From a virus (lineage: Duplodnaviria; Caudoviricetes): a stretch of 64,000 nt of DNA. The notes under the pieces were generated by a model. The model did no database searches and was not told where the DNA came from. It saw only the letters and a program-made list of their open reading frames with translations. How positions within the stretch are numbered: position 1 is the stretch's first letter; each line of letters begins with the position of its first letter. The stretch lies in IMG/VR virus record IMGVR_UViG_2660238492_000006, positions 1-64,000 of that record. One strand, 5' to 3'. Positions 10,035 through 20,034 of the stretch are shown here, in pieces. Position numbers and translations under genes: made by a program.

Positions 10035-10276
10035 TGTATATTATTTCTCCCTTGTTTCCATTATTGAACGCGTTCATAAATTATTTTAACTTTATATATG
10101 GTAAAATCCAACAATAATCGTAATACAAATTCCCTTATATCTAAGAAATTTAGTAAATTTTTACTATTTAGAATATAGTTTCTTTTAACTCTTTGTTTTA
10201 CAGGCAATAAAAAAGACACCTTAATAGCGCCAATCTATTGCCTACTATTTTATTTATCCTCTATTCCTATTGCGAA

Positions 10277-10471
10277 CTAAATTACAGGTGTAATTAATAC
10301 TGTAAATTCTGAATATTGCTCTGTAGTAATCTTATTTCCTGCAAGGAAAATATCCATAGTTTCTTGAATACTCTTAAACTCCTTAACTTCATTTTTAAAC
10401 TCTGCATTAATTCTGTTCTTTAAAATTCTTCCTAATAATTCTTGCATTTTTGTCATTTTACATTCCTCCAT
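10277..10471 (-). CDS. small tail-fibre-associated protein (XkdX-like position)
   Basis: DIFLAGNKITTEQYSE; identical to 50424..50618. Confidence 0.7.
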   Translation of the reverse strand: MEECKMTKMQELLGRILKNRINAEFKNEVKEFKSIQETMDIFLAGNKITTEQYSEFTVLITPVI

Positions 10472-10769
10472 TTTCTACAACTTTATTTTTTTCTGTTTCT
10501 AAAATAGTTTTTTCTACATTAGTAACAGTAGTTTCATCTGTATTATCTAAGTATGTTTTTATATCATCTACTCTTGTATTTTTATCTCTTACAATTACTT
10601 TACTGTTTTCTGTATCTACAGAAACTAATTCTTTACCGTTCTCTATATCTGCAACTAAACAATTATAATTATCTTCTATACTAGTTCCAGACGTAGAAAA
10701 AATAATTTTTCCCAAAGAATTATATATTACTAAAGTTTTCATTTTTTCTATTCCTCCTACTCTCCCCAC
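10458..10769 (-). CDS. tail-fibre-associated/chaperone protein
   Basis: MKTLVIYNSLGKII; follows the fibre gene; near-identical to 50605..50916. Confidence 0.7.
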   Translation of the reverse strand: MGRVGGIEKMKTLVIYNSLGKIIFSTSGTSIEDNYNCLVADIENGKELVSVDTENSKVIVRDKNTRVDDIKTYLDNTDETTVTNVEKTILETEKNKVVENGGM

Positions 10770-11953
10770 GCATTAAATGGAAAATTTCCTGTACTTACAC
10801 TGCTTGATATTGATAGAATCTTTTTTGTAGAATCATAATATATTCCACTTACAGAATTTGAAGATTGAAAAGGATAAAAGCTTCCTCCTACTTTTGTTAT
10901 ACATACATATGGATATTGTGAATATGATGAATTAGGTTGATCTACTGTTATTGATCCAGCATTAAAATTTAGAAATATTTCATCTCTAGTACCATTAGTA
11001 TGATTTATAACTCCTTCCAAGAAATTTTTTCCACCCATACCTTGAATACTTATATTAGCTATTTTAGAAACTAAACTAGCCAAAGCTTCGTTTCCACTAG
11101 CACTTACACCTTTGCTATTAAGATTACTAGCTGTTGTATTCTTATCTGTTTGTATTCTATTTGCTATCTCTGCATGTGTATTGTTTCCTGTAATATTTCC
11201 TACCTTGCCAGCAATAGCATTTTTACCATTACTGGCAAATGTAAAAAGTTCTTGTATTCCTGATTGTACATTCTTTGCAGACATACCATTAATTGTTGCA
11301 AGATTAACCTTAGTTGCACTCAAGTCTATATTAGCTACTGTATTTTTTAAATCCTCTAACTCTGTCTTACTTGCCTTATTGTTCGCAATATCTTTCGATT
11401 GTTCAGCAAGCTCCGATAATTTTTTATCTATACTTTTATTAATTTCCTTCTGATTACCACCACTTATTACTATAAATGTTGTATTAGTGTTTTTGACTCC
11501 ATAATCAAAAGTTAGATTACTTAATTCAACTGTAACATTAGCTGCATTTCCAATAGCAGCTTCTATATCATAACTCCAACTGAATGGCCCACTAGTTGCA
11601 GGTGCATAATAATCACCATATTTACCTGCTGTTCCGTAAGCATAGAGTACCTCTCCATCGTCAGGATCTTCAGCAAAAAGACCAATCTCACATATATATG
11701 TTGCTTCTATCATAGAACTATTGTCTATTTTCCCTGAAATTACAGCAATTTTCTGCTCTGTATTTGGAGTTATGCTTTGAATGCCAACATCAAATTTTGG
11801 CTCTATTAATGCTAATAATGTTGCTGGATTTCTTGAATCAATATCCCCTGATCCTACCATCATTTTAGTAAATTTTATTTCTTGTCCTGCTTGAGCTTTA
11901 ACATATAGTAGCTGACCTTTTGTTGTTAAAGTCATATTATTAAATATTGCCAT
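10757..11953 (-). CDS. tail fibre (phage A N-terminal anchor plus shared C-terminus)
   Basis: N-terminal collar-like EIGLFAEDPD..EVLYAY; C-half shared with 50904..52031 from KDIANN onward. Confidence 0.85.
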   Translation of the reverse strand: MAIFNNMTLTTKGQLLYVKAQAGQEIKFTKMMVGSGDIDSRNPATLLALIEPKFDVGIQSITPNTEQKIAVISGKIDNSSMIEATYICEIGLFAEDPDDGEVLYAYGTAGKYGDYYAPATSGPFSWSYDIEAAIGNAANVTVELSNLTFDYGVKNTNTTFIVISGGNQKEINKSIDKKLSELAEQSKDIANNKASKTELEDLKNTVANIDLSATKVNLATINGMSAKNVQSGIQELFTFASNGKNAIAGKVGNITGNNTHAEIANRIQTDKNTTASNLNSKGVSASGNEALASLVSKIANISIQGMGGKNFLEGVINHTNGTRDEIFLNFNAGSITVDQPNSSYSQYPYVCITKVGGSFYPFQSSNSVSGIYYDSTKKILSISSSVSTGNFPFNAWGE

Positions 11954-12614
11954 TTATTTCTTTACCTCCTTCACATTTTATTGTGCTAACATGAATACCT
12001 TGTATAGTCATATTTGAATAAAAATTCATCGATAATCGTTCAATTGGATCAAAAGTCATTTTTATTGTTGAATGCTGCTGAACAGATACAACTATCCCTG
12101 AATAAGTATTAAATGTTATAGGAGTTTTACCTACATAATTAATTCTTACACCTTCTGGCTTCGGAACTATATATCCATGTTGAATTAAATCTTGTCTTAT
12201 TTGATTTACATATCCAGTAATATATGCTGTAAGGCTCATATCTTGATTATCTTGTATTTGAATACCTATGTCTTTGAATGTATTGTCCCAAATTTCATAT
12301 GCAGAAGGTATTTGCCCATTCCACATGTTCATTGCAACTTTAGCTTTTAAAACTAACCTATAGGTATTATCATCCATAATAGGATCATGCCCATTTAAAG
12401 GTTGAAAAGTTAATGTTCTTTGCCTTCCAATTGTTTGTCCGAGCATATCCAATTGTTTACCTATAGCATTATCTAAATCAAAATCATTATCCATATTTTT
12501 AGTCATAACATAAGCATGATCTATAATAGTTAAACTACTACTTAACCATGCTATAAATTTAGACTTATCTCTATGTTGAGATGTCACATTATTTAAATAT
12601 TTATCTATTGCCAT
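11940..12614 (-). CDS. DUF2612 baseplate protein
   Basis: FDLDNAIGKQLDMLG..IG..R, DD.TYRLVLKAK, PKPEGV. Confidence 0.8.
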   Translation of the reverse strand: MAIDKYLNNVTSQHRDKSKFIAWLSSSLTIIDHAYVMTKNMDNDFDLDNAIGKQLDMLGQTIGRQRTLTFQPLNGHDPIMDDNTYRLVLKAKVAMNMWNGQIPSAYEIWDNTFKDIGIQIQDNQDMSLTAYITGYVNQIRQDLIQHGYIVPKPEGVRINYVGKTPITFNTYSGIVVSVQQHSTIKMTFDPIERLSMNFYSNMTIQGIHVSTIKCEGGKEINGNI

Positions 12615-12624
12615 AAAATCACCT

Positions 12625-13800
12625 CTAAGTCACATTTGCAGTAATATAATTAATATTACCTCTACAAACTTCATTAAAAGCTAATTTTATATCTGATGTT
12701 GTTTGTACTTCACCATGTTTTGATGCTGTGATTGAAGTTATTGAGAATAAAGGATTCATTAAATTAGGCATAGCTTGTAATGCTATACCCCACAATGATG
12801 ATATAGCTAATTCACTTCCTATATCCATACTATTTAAATATATTTGTAGATTTTTTTTAATTGAATCTGTTGTAGCAGTCGTATATCCATTTAATGATTT
12901 TATATTTACTGTTACATCTATATCAATATATTTAGGTCTAAAATACCTTATTGAAGTAATTTGATGTTTAGAGTCTTCTATATCTATAATTACATCACCA
13001 TTAGTGTAACAACCTGGCCCCTTATGAATCCATATAGCTTCAGCTATTTTTTTATCCTCTCCTCCCTCTACAACTACAGTAATAGAATGCGCTGGAAGAC
13101 CTAATGCATTAACTTCATTAGTATCATTTTCATATACCTTTGATCTTGTCACATCATTTAATTTAGCTACAGCACCAGAAGTTCCTTCGAGCATGCTTTG
13201 TGATGGTTGGGCGGTACTGTCAGATTGTCTTTTCCTTAATTTTGTATCATCTTCTATACATGATCCTAACGTTCCATTTTTAGGATTATAAACTCCATTC
13301 CATCCATATGTTGGATTATAAATTCCAATTAACTCTCCAGGATTAGAAACAATTGGTCCTTCTATTTTACATATTGCTTTAACATTTATTTGTCCACTAT
13401 CTGGTATTTTTACACTTAAGGGTAATTTCCATTTAATATTACCCTTATCAACAACTATACCATTTTTAATCTCTGTTCCTGGTAATCCACTTATAATAAC
13501 ATCACATTTACTATAGGTTGCTGCTTTTCTTTTTATTCCATTTATTTTTACAATAGAATCTAGTGCAGGACCTATTGCAGTATTAGGTGCTCTATTATTA
13601 TAAACTTGTTGAGATATTTGAAATGCATCATATAATTTTTCAGATATAATAGCAATCCATTGATAATCTTGACTGTCTTCACCTAAGTATATATCTTGTC
13701 CAAATATATCTTGAGCATATTTAATCAATTCTTGTTTTATATCAATATAAGTAGGCATATGGAATCCACTTTCATCTATATAAGGACTAAAATAAGTCAT
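12625..13800 (-). CDS. baseplate J/gp47-like protein
   Basis: A.G.ALD, EDD..LR.R, YENDT..PAHSI.VVVEGG. Confidence 0.85.
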   Translation of the reverse strand: MTYFSPYIDESGFHMPTYIDIKQELIKYAQDIFGQDIYLGEDSQDYQWIAIISEKLYDAFQISQQVYNNRAPNTAIGPALDSIVKINGIKRKAATYSKCDVIISGLPGTEIKNGIVVDKGNIKWKLPLSVKIPDSGQINVKAICKIEGPIVSNPGELIGIYNPTYGWNGVYNPKNGTLGSCIEDDTKLRKRQSDSTAQPSQSMLEGTSGAVAKLNDVTRSKVYENDTNEVNALGLPAHSITVVVEGGEDKKIAEAIWIHKGPGCYTNGDVIIDIEDSKHQITSIRYFRPKYIDIDVTVNIKSLNGYTTATTDSIKKNLQIYLNSMDIGSELAISSLWGIALQAMPNLMNPLFSITSITASKHGEVQTTSDIKLAFNEVCRGNINYITANVT

Positions 13801-13815
13801 TTAACTAACTCCTTT

Positions 13816-14211
13816 CTACATAGTAACATTATCCAATTCAACCCTTCCAAATTTAGAATTTACTACACATGAAAAAGAGTAATTTCTATTATCAAAATTA
13901 CTCTTAAAATTATCTATTGAAATCACATTTTGAGTATTCATTATCCTTTGTTTTATTAATGAATCTATTATATAAAGATTATCAGCTGTTCCATTAACAC
14001 CCAAAATTTTTTGGTACAATGGTAAGCCTTCAGACGTGTTTTCCCACCACTCACCTTTTAATAGTTTTAATCTAGTTTTTATAGCTTGTGCTACTGCATA
14101 AGTACCATATGTGAAATTTTGTTGACCTTTTCCAAATTGGTAGTCACCATTAACATCTAATATTCTATATCTCATTATTTCCTCCAATCGGCATTGATGT
14201 TGTTGTATCAC
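13816..14211 (-). CDS. baseplate wedge protein (likely start MRYRILD)
   Basis: AVAQAIKTRL.L.KGEWW..T.EGLP. Confidence 0.75.
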   Translation of the reverse strand: MIQQHQCRLEEIMRYRILDVNGDYQFGKGQQNFTYGTYAVAQAIKTRLKLLKGEWWENTSEGLPLYQKILGVNGTADNLYIIDSLIKQRIMNTQNVISIDNFKSNFDNRNYSFSCVVNSKFGRVELDNVTM

Positions 14212-14809
14212 CTACATTATGTTTGTGATTAGCAAAATTAATTCCATTAATATTTACGCTTTCTGAAGTAATATTAATAGAATCATCTTTTAATTCAATC
14301 ATTGAAGTGCCTTTTTCATTTCTAAGTTGACATGAATCCATAGAATAATTTTCTAATACTCTAGGTTGTGACCATACACCTAATATTGCAAATCCATCTG
14401 ATAGATCATGCCTTCTTTTTTCTTGCTGATTTTGTATTCCTCCAAGTTCCCACCATGAATCTATGCACATATCACCAAAGATAACTAAACATTCATCTCC
14501 TTTATTTATTGGCATAGTTAAACAATATCCTCCTGATCTAGGAACGACTATTGGCACATCTAAAAGCATAGGAATATCCATCCATTGTTTGTTATATTCA
14601 CAGTCTGATACATGTTCTCTTAAGGCTAATTGTACTGTTACAGTTTGCTCTTTTTTATCAAAACCTTGTATTATTCCAGGACATGCTACTTTCAGATTAC
14701 TTTTCCATCCATCACCCATGTTTCTATACATTTCACTTTTTGAATTGCTTATTTCACTAATAGTTCTCATATAATCACCCCTAATTTGATACAGCTGCCA
14801 TTGCTCCAC
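14165..14809 (-). CDS. Gp138-like tail spike
   Basis: GDECLVIF.D.CID.WW, RRHDLSD, C-terminal HKH. Confidence 0.8.
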   Translation of the reverse strand: MEQWQLYQIRGDYMRTISEISNSKSEMYRNMGDGWKSNLKVACPGIIQGFDKKEQTVTVQLALREHVSDCEYNKQWMDIPMLLDVPIVVPRSGGYCLTMPINKGDECLVIFGDMCIDSWWELGGIQNQQEKRRHDLSDGFAILGVWSQPRVLENYSMDSCQLRNEKGTSMIELKDDSINITSESVNINGINFANHKHNVGDTTTSMPIGGNNEI

Positions 14810-16778
14810 CTAATTGATCTATAGTATCAAAATTTAAATACCAATCATTCCCTCGTGTATCACCTATATACTTAATTTTAATAACTCTATATATTCCATC
14901 CTTATCAAGTGACCTAAATAATCCTTGTGAAGCTTCATCATTATTTGTATTATCATTTGAACTGCAATTAGGTATTTGACCACCATCTGCATCTATTAAA
15001 CATTTAGGTCTACCAAATTCAGGTTCACCATATAATGCATGATAAGCTACTTGATCAGCAGGTTCTTTCCCATCTCTGCCTCTTGCTGCATATAAATATC
15101 CATCACCAGCATAAATTGCTATATGATGACATGCATTACCTTTTCCCCAAAAAACTAAATCTCCTGGTAATGCTTCTGATTGAGATATAAATTTACCTCC
15201 ATCATTTGCTACTTGATTATATTGAGGACCAGTTATATCTGTAATTGATAAACCAGCAATTTCATAACAATGTTTAGCAAAGCTAGAACAATCCCAATAT
15301 TTAATACCCCCAACAGTTTGTCCTCTATATTCTTGGCTATATTGAACATTAGGATCATCGCATATTTGTTTAGCTTCAGCAATTATTTTATTTCTTATTC
15401 CTGTTACACTATTGGTTGATACTCCGCCAACTGGACTAACATTAGAACCACTAATATCAATTCTTTTAGCTCTAACTAACGAATTATCTACGTGTATTAA
15501 TGAATTTAATTTTATTTGTGGATTCAATAAACATTTCCCACTTATCCCATAATCACTCTGTTCAGGAGTTCCAACAAGTCCACTTTTAGGACTTAAATCA
15601 AATATTTCGCCTTCTGGTAGATCTCCCATGCTTATTAAATTTAAGCTCCCATCATCCATATAAAATTGCAGATCATTACTTTTAGCAATTTGTCTATAAT
15701 AATCACTAGCTTTTCCAAATACAACCTTACCTCTTGAAAGTTTTTGTCCATTTAAATTTTCTGATATACTTCCTAAATTAATAGGGTTACTTGCAGTATT
15801 TGACATATGATTTACTATATCTCTTTGTGTTTGTCCCCTAACAATAGAAAAATTAACTATATCAAAGTTTATTGCTCTATCACTATCTAAAGCTATTATT
15901 TCTAGTTTGCAAGTTGTTCCATCATCTCTGCTATTAATACATTGAATAATATCTCCATCAAATATTAAGCCAAATTGAGAACCTTCATAACCAGCTTCTA
16001 CTGTTATTCGCTTACCACTAGCTATTATTGCATTTTCAGTTTTAACATTTAAATTGTATACAGTAATAATTGATAAATTTGGCTCCATCTGAATAGTTTT
16101 AGTTATATCAAATAAACAATGTAATTTAGATATGTCTAAAGCATTTCCTTGATAATCAGATACAGTTATTCTATATCTTCTACCAAATAAGGAATCTCCT
16201 TCTTTTTCGCTTCCTTTTACAATCTCATAATTAGTAGATTCTATTGTAATCATTTCAGATTGGCTATTTGCACTATCACCACCAGTATAAGTACCAGTAT
16301 CATATTGAATTAAATTATTATCTTTTATTATTTGCATTATGTTGCTAACATAATTAGAATTTTCAGCATATCCAGCTGCTTTAATAGATTTTATTTGATC
16401 TTGTGGAGCTTTTGCATTAAAGACTCCTGCATCTGTGTATATAGAATTATTCTTCAAAAAATAAGCATGGTCTTGAACTGAATCACTCCATGATTCATAA
16501 TGCCTATATATACCTTGCCTATCTCCATCAGTAGGCTTTGAGCCTTGTGTTATATTTAAACTTGGGTCTTTTGCCCCTGCATATTTTATACCAAATAAAT
16601 TTTTGTCTGTTTTAGCTAGTGAGCTTTTACCCCATCCACTCTCTTCTATCGCTTGTGCTATAGTAACAGATGCAAAAATTCCATATTTACTATATCCCTT
16701 TTGTGCACCTGGTATTATAAAATTTAAAAAGTCTTGATTACTCATTTGTATCACTCCATAAAAGAATAAATTTATCAC
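14781..16778 (-). CDS. baseplate hub with glucosaminidase and NlpC/P60 domains
   Basis: IAQAIEESGWG.S..NLFGIK; EAGY..GLIFDGDI; WDCSS...HIAIYAG. Confidence 0.85.
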   Translation of the reverse strand: MINLFFYGVIQMSNQDFLNFIIPGAQKGYSKYGIFASVTIAQAIEESGWGKSSLAKTDKNLFGIKYAGAKDPSLNITQGSKPTDGDRQGIYRHYESWSDSVQDHAYFLKNNSIYTDAGVFNAKAPQDQIKSIKAAGYAENSNYVSNIMQIIKDNNLIQYDTGTYTGGDSANSQSEMITIESTNYEIVKGSEKEGDSLFGRRYRITVSDYQGNALDISKLHCLFDITKTIQMEPNLSIITVYNLNVKTENAIIASGKRITVEAGYEGSQFGLIFDGDIIQCINSRDDGTTCKLEIIALDSDRAINFDIVNFSIVRGQTQRDIVNHMSNTASNPINLGSISENLNGQKLSRGKVVFGKASDYYRQIAKSNDLQFYMDDGSLNLISMGDLPEGEIFDLSPKSGLVGTPEQSDYGISGKCLLNPQIKLNSLIHVDNSLVRAKRIDISGSNVSPVGGVSTNSVTGIRNKIIAEAKQICDDPNVQYSQEYRGQTVGGIKYWDCSSFAKHCYEIAGLSITDITGPQYNQVANDGGKFISQSEALPGDLVFWGKGNACHHIAIYAGDGYLYAARGRDGKEPADQVAYHALYGEPEFGRPKCLIDADGGQIPNCSSNDNTNNDEASQGLFRSLDKDGIYRVIKIKYIGDTRGNDWYLNFDTIDQLGGAMAAVSN

Positions 16779-17064
16779 CTAAATTATATTCATCAGGTCT
16801 AGTAGAACTTATATTATTGTCAACTTTTACAATATAGGCTGAACCTATATTCAAATATGAATGTTGTTCTAATAAATTACATCCACAAACTAAAGGAATT
16901 GAATTTACTAATTGTTTTTTATCTGAATTAGATATATCCATTTCCCAACATTTTTGTTCAGTATTATATCTAAGAAAAAACATTAATTTAATCTTTTTTC
17001 CGTCTATCGGTATAGTACTCGTAAAAGTTTGATTAGGAGATGTTGTTAATGGTATTATATACAC
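16738..17064 (-). CDS. baseplate plug-like protein
   Basis: PNQTF...RYN....W.MDI...IPLV.G.NLL; synteny. Confidence 0.65.
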   Translation of the reverse strand: MYIIPLTTSPNQTFTSTIPIDGKKIKLMFFLRYNTEQKCWEMDISNSDKKQLVNSIPLVCGCNLLEQHSYLNIGSAYIVKVDNNISSTRPDEYNLGDKFILLWSDTNE

Positions 17065-17076
17065 TCATATTCCCCC

Positions 17077-17607
17077 TTATCTCAATATACTTGAAAATAA
17101 ACTTTCATCAGCTTTTTGTGCTTTTTGATCTCCCTCATTTGTTTGCTCTGATTTTTGAGGTCTTTCTGAGATTTTAACAGTAGTAACATTAACTACAAAT
17201 ATTTCTTTTAATGTTATTGTTGCTTTAAGTCCATATGCGGTATTTTTATCATCTGGCACACTTATAGTCTCTATAAGCATGTTATTATACGTCCATAATC
17301 TTGTAACTATATTGATAGGGATTCTTTCTTCTTGAAGCCGTCTAAGCATTTTATAAGCACTTACTGATCTTGAATTATCTGCATTAAATTTATCAAATCC
17401 TGATATATCATTCATAACATCACTCATACCTATTTCAAATGTTACTTGTTGTGGCTCCATATATGCATGATCTGATATACTAGCCCCATCTTGTATTGGA
17501 TGTTCTGTTATTGCCAAACTGCTTTCATGATTTATATTTAAATATGCATCAAAGATAAATTTACCTAAACTTGTATCTATATAAGTCTTAACTACTTGAT
17601 CTGCCAT
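17077..17607 (-). CDS. tail tube initiator/baseplate protein
   Basis: ITEHPIQDGASISDHAY; YNNMLI. Confidence 0.75.
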   Translation of the reverse strand: MADQVVKTYIDTSLGKFIFDAYLNINHESSLAITEHPIQDGASISDHAYMEPQQVTFEIGMSDVMNDISGFDKFNADNSRSVSAYKMLRRLQEERIPINIVTRLWTYNNMLIETISVPDDKNTAYGLKATITLKEIFVVNVTTVKISERPQKSEQTNEGDQKAQKADESLFSSILR

Positions 17608-17609
17608 TT

Positions 17610-19379
17610 TTAGAACACTCCTTGAAAACTTCGTGTTGTTATTCCTGCTAAATTCTTATTTACTGCATTAGCAGTTGATTTAGATTCATTTCCATAAACA
17701 TTAATAACATTTGAATTACTTACCTTATTATTACTATTTTTAGTTTCAACGCTGCTACTAGATGTATTATTAGAAGTAACATAGCTTGCACTTGTATTAA
17801 CTTTATCTTCACCTTTAACAAAATCTTTTACTTTAGAACTAGCATTGGAAACAAAATCTTTCGCTGATTCCATCTTATCTCCAGCCCATTCTTTTACTTT
17901 TTCCCAAGTTTCTTTTGCTTTATTTTTTATTTTTTCAAATGTTTCCTTCGCTTTTTCCCAGTATTTATCCCAAGGTAATAAAGATAATCCGCCTGTGAGA
18001 ATAGCTTTTATAGTAGTAATAATACCTTTAATTACCTTACCAGCATCTTTGGCTTTTCCTACAATCTTATCAATAAAGCTTCCAATCAATGATTTTCCAC
18101 CTCTAAAATAAGAAAATAAATCATCTATAATTCCAATTACTATTAAAATTGGATTGGTAATAAGCAAAATTAAACCTATTATTATCTTTATTGCTTTTTT
18201 AACTGGCTCTGGAGCTTTCTCAAATGCACCAAATAGTTTTCCTATTAAACCAAATATTGCTCTTATAGGTGATGTTAATTTCCATATTATACTTATAATC
18301 TTTCCTATTATTAATAAAATACGTGCTAGAACTCCTATTACAGTTCCCACTACTTTGCCTATCTGCGGTATATGCTCAACTAACCAATCATTAAATTCAT
18401 GCACATTACTTTTTATTTTTGATAAAGGTCCTGCACAATATTTCAGAATATAATTTCCTATCCATTGAAAAGCCAAGGTTCCTAATTGCTTTAATCTTTT
18501 AAATTCTAAACTTATTCCCTGAATCACTTTAAGATTATCATTATATTCTTTGGGCAATTTTAAGTCTTTTGAATCTTTTCTAAGTTGATTAAATTGATTT
18601 AGCATCGTTGGACTTATCCAAAGGTCATTTAAATCAGCACCTAATGTACTTAAAGCCATATCAACTTCTTTAGCATTTTCTTTGGTTGTCCAAAGTTGCC
18701 TACTTAGTTTTTCAAATTTAATATCTTGTTGAGCTAAATCTCCTAAATAAGATATTATTTTTTTAGTTGATACTGCCAAAGCTACCATAGAAGCAATAAC
18801 TATACCAATAGATGATGCACTTACATTAGAAAAATTTAATATAGATTTTGCACCATTTTTACTTAAAGATGCAGCTGAATTTTCAACTACTTGAAAGTTG
18901 TCAGCTGCATTTTTTTTTAAATCTTTTAAATTTTTTTTAGCATTAACTATATTTTTATCTTCAGGTTTAAAACACCATTCTTTGCAATCATGACTTTTCC
19001 CTTTTTTATCTTTAAAAGCATCCTTATTTTTATTAATACTTTTATCCTTTTCTTTAGATAACTCTACTTTAGTAGTTATTTTTTCTTTAGATAAATCATC
19101 GTACATTTTTTTAACTAAACATATATCCTTTATAAGGTTTTTAAATGGTCCTTGCATTCCAGGAAACATTTTACCTAAAGTAGATCCTGATGAATTTATC
19201 AATGAAAAAAGACTTTTCATTGAATCATTTGTCTTTGAAAAGCCTTTGTTACTATTATCATTAAATTTTCCTATTTTATCTTCTACTTTTGTCATTGATT
19301 GTTTAGCATTTTCTAAAGATTCTGAATCTACATTAAATCCAATTCCAACAAGATATTGTTTTATTAAATCAAGTGACAA
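17610..19379 (-). CDS. tape measure protein (phage A)
   Basis: IKQYLVGIGF start, amphipathic repeats, position after the chaperone. Confidence 0.8.
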   Translation of the reverse strand: MSLDLIKQYLVGIGFNVDSESLENAKQSMTKVEDKIGKFNDNSNKGFSKTNDSMKSLFSLINSSGSTLGKMFPGMQGPFKNLIKDICLVKKMYDDLSKEKITTKVELSKEKDKSINKNKDAFKDKKGKSHDCKEWCFKPEDKNIVNAKKNLKDLKKNAADNFQVVENSAASLSKNGAKSILNFSNVSASSIGIVIASMVALAVSTKKIISYLGDLAQQDIKFEKLSRQLWTTKENAKEVDMALSTLGADLNDLWISPTMLNQFNQLRKDSKDLKLPKEYNDNLKVIQGISLEFKRLKQLGTLAFQWIGNYILKYCAGPLSKIKSNVHEFNDWLVEHIPQIGKVVGTVIGVLARILLIIGKIISIIWKLTSPIRAIFGLIGKLFGAFEKAPEPVKKAIKIIIGLILLITNPILIVIGIIDDLFSYFRGGKSLIGSFIDKIVGKAKDAGKVIKGIITTIKAILTGGLSLLPWDKYWEKAKETFEKIKNKAKETWEKVKEWAGDKMESAKDFVSNASSKVKDFVKGEDKVNTSASYVTSNNTSSSSVETKNSNNKVSNSNVINVYGNESKSTANAVNKNLAGITTRSFQGVF

Positions 19380-19382
19380 TAT

Positions 19383-19619
19383 CTACACCTCCTTTTTTGA
19401 GGACTCGTACGCTCTAATTTCATTTTCATTAGATACCTCCATAAGTTCATGTATATCTAATAAATCATCAAGATTATATGTTCCATCCCATAATTCATGG
19501 TGTTTCCAATATTTAGCTTGAACTGGAGCATATAAAAAAGCATTTATATTTTTGTATTTAGCTTGGATAAATTCACTCCCTCGATTATCGAAGTCAAGGG
19601 ACTTCCTGCGAAAAAACCC
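19383..19619 (-). CDS. -1 frameshift extension of the tail assembly chaperone
   Basis: G GGT TTT TTC slippery site; -1 frame open to TAG at 19383 (LWDGTYNLDDLLDIHE). Confidence 0.75.
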   Translation of the reverse strand, partial: GFFRRKSLDFDNRGSEFIQAKYKNINAFLYAPVQAKYWKHHELWDGTYNLDDLLDIHELMEVSNENEIRAYESSKKEV

Positions 19620-20020
19620 ATTAAATTAAATGCTAACGATTGAATTGTTAAGTTCATAACTAATCCTGTATCATTTTCTATGTCTAATACCCCCCATTCA
19701 TTATTTTTATTTAATACTGATTGAAGTCCTGCTGGTAGAATTTCATATATAACTTTTAAACAATTATCTTGTATATATCTAAATTCCTCTTCTGGTAATT
19801 CAAAAATCGGATTTAGCATTTGAGTTAAATTCAAATCTTTTAAATTATTTATACTTAAATTTTCAGGATCTAATTTATCTAAATTGATGTTTTCAAGTAT
19901 AGATGGTAATATCTTCATTATTTTAAATAACATAAACGATCCTGTTCTTGCATCTAATTTTTTTAATCTAAAATTACGTCCATTAATTTCTATATCTTTA
20001 TTATTTTTTGGCATTTCCAT
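19544..20020 (-). CDS. tail assembly chaperone
   Basis: lies between tube and tape measure genes. Confidence 0.75.
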   Translation of the reverse strand: MEMPKNNKDIEINGRNFRLKKLDARTGSFMLFKIMKILPSILENINLDKLDPENLSINNLKDLNLTQMLNPIFELPEEEFRYIQDNCLKVIYEILPAGLQSVLNKNNEWGVLDIENDTGLVMNLTIQSLAFNLMGFFAGSPLTSIIEGVNLSKLNTKI

Positions 20021-20034
20021 TGTTTATCCCTCCA

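Larger units (their letters stand above)
10262..11396. repeat. direct repeat copy 1 (tail-fibre tip cassette, 1,135 bp)
   Basis: matches 50409-51543 with about 14 mismatches by manual count. Confidence 0.95.

Noticed and set aside
10268-11390. Mu/P1-type invertible G segment
   Set aside because: No alternative fibre end on the opposite strand, and the two flanking hexamers differ.
10262-11396. diversity-generating retroelement TR/VR pair
   Set aside because: No reverse transcriptase in the window; the repeat is over 1 kb and the mismatches are not adenine-specific.
11112-11453. antisense ORFs in the track (also 354, 7693, 9141, 9220, 12728, 14463, 17845, 25578, 26938, 51259, 55705, 63097 and others)
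   Set aside because: Shadows of well-supported genes on the opposite strand, with no RBS or recognisable motifs.
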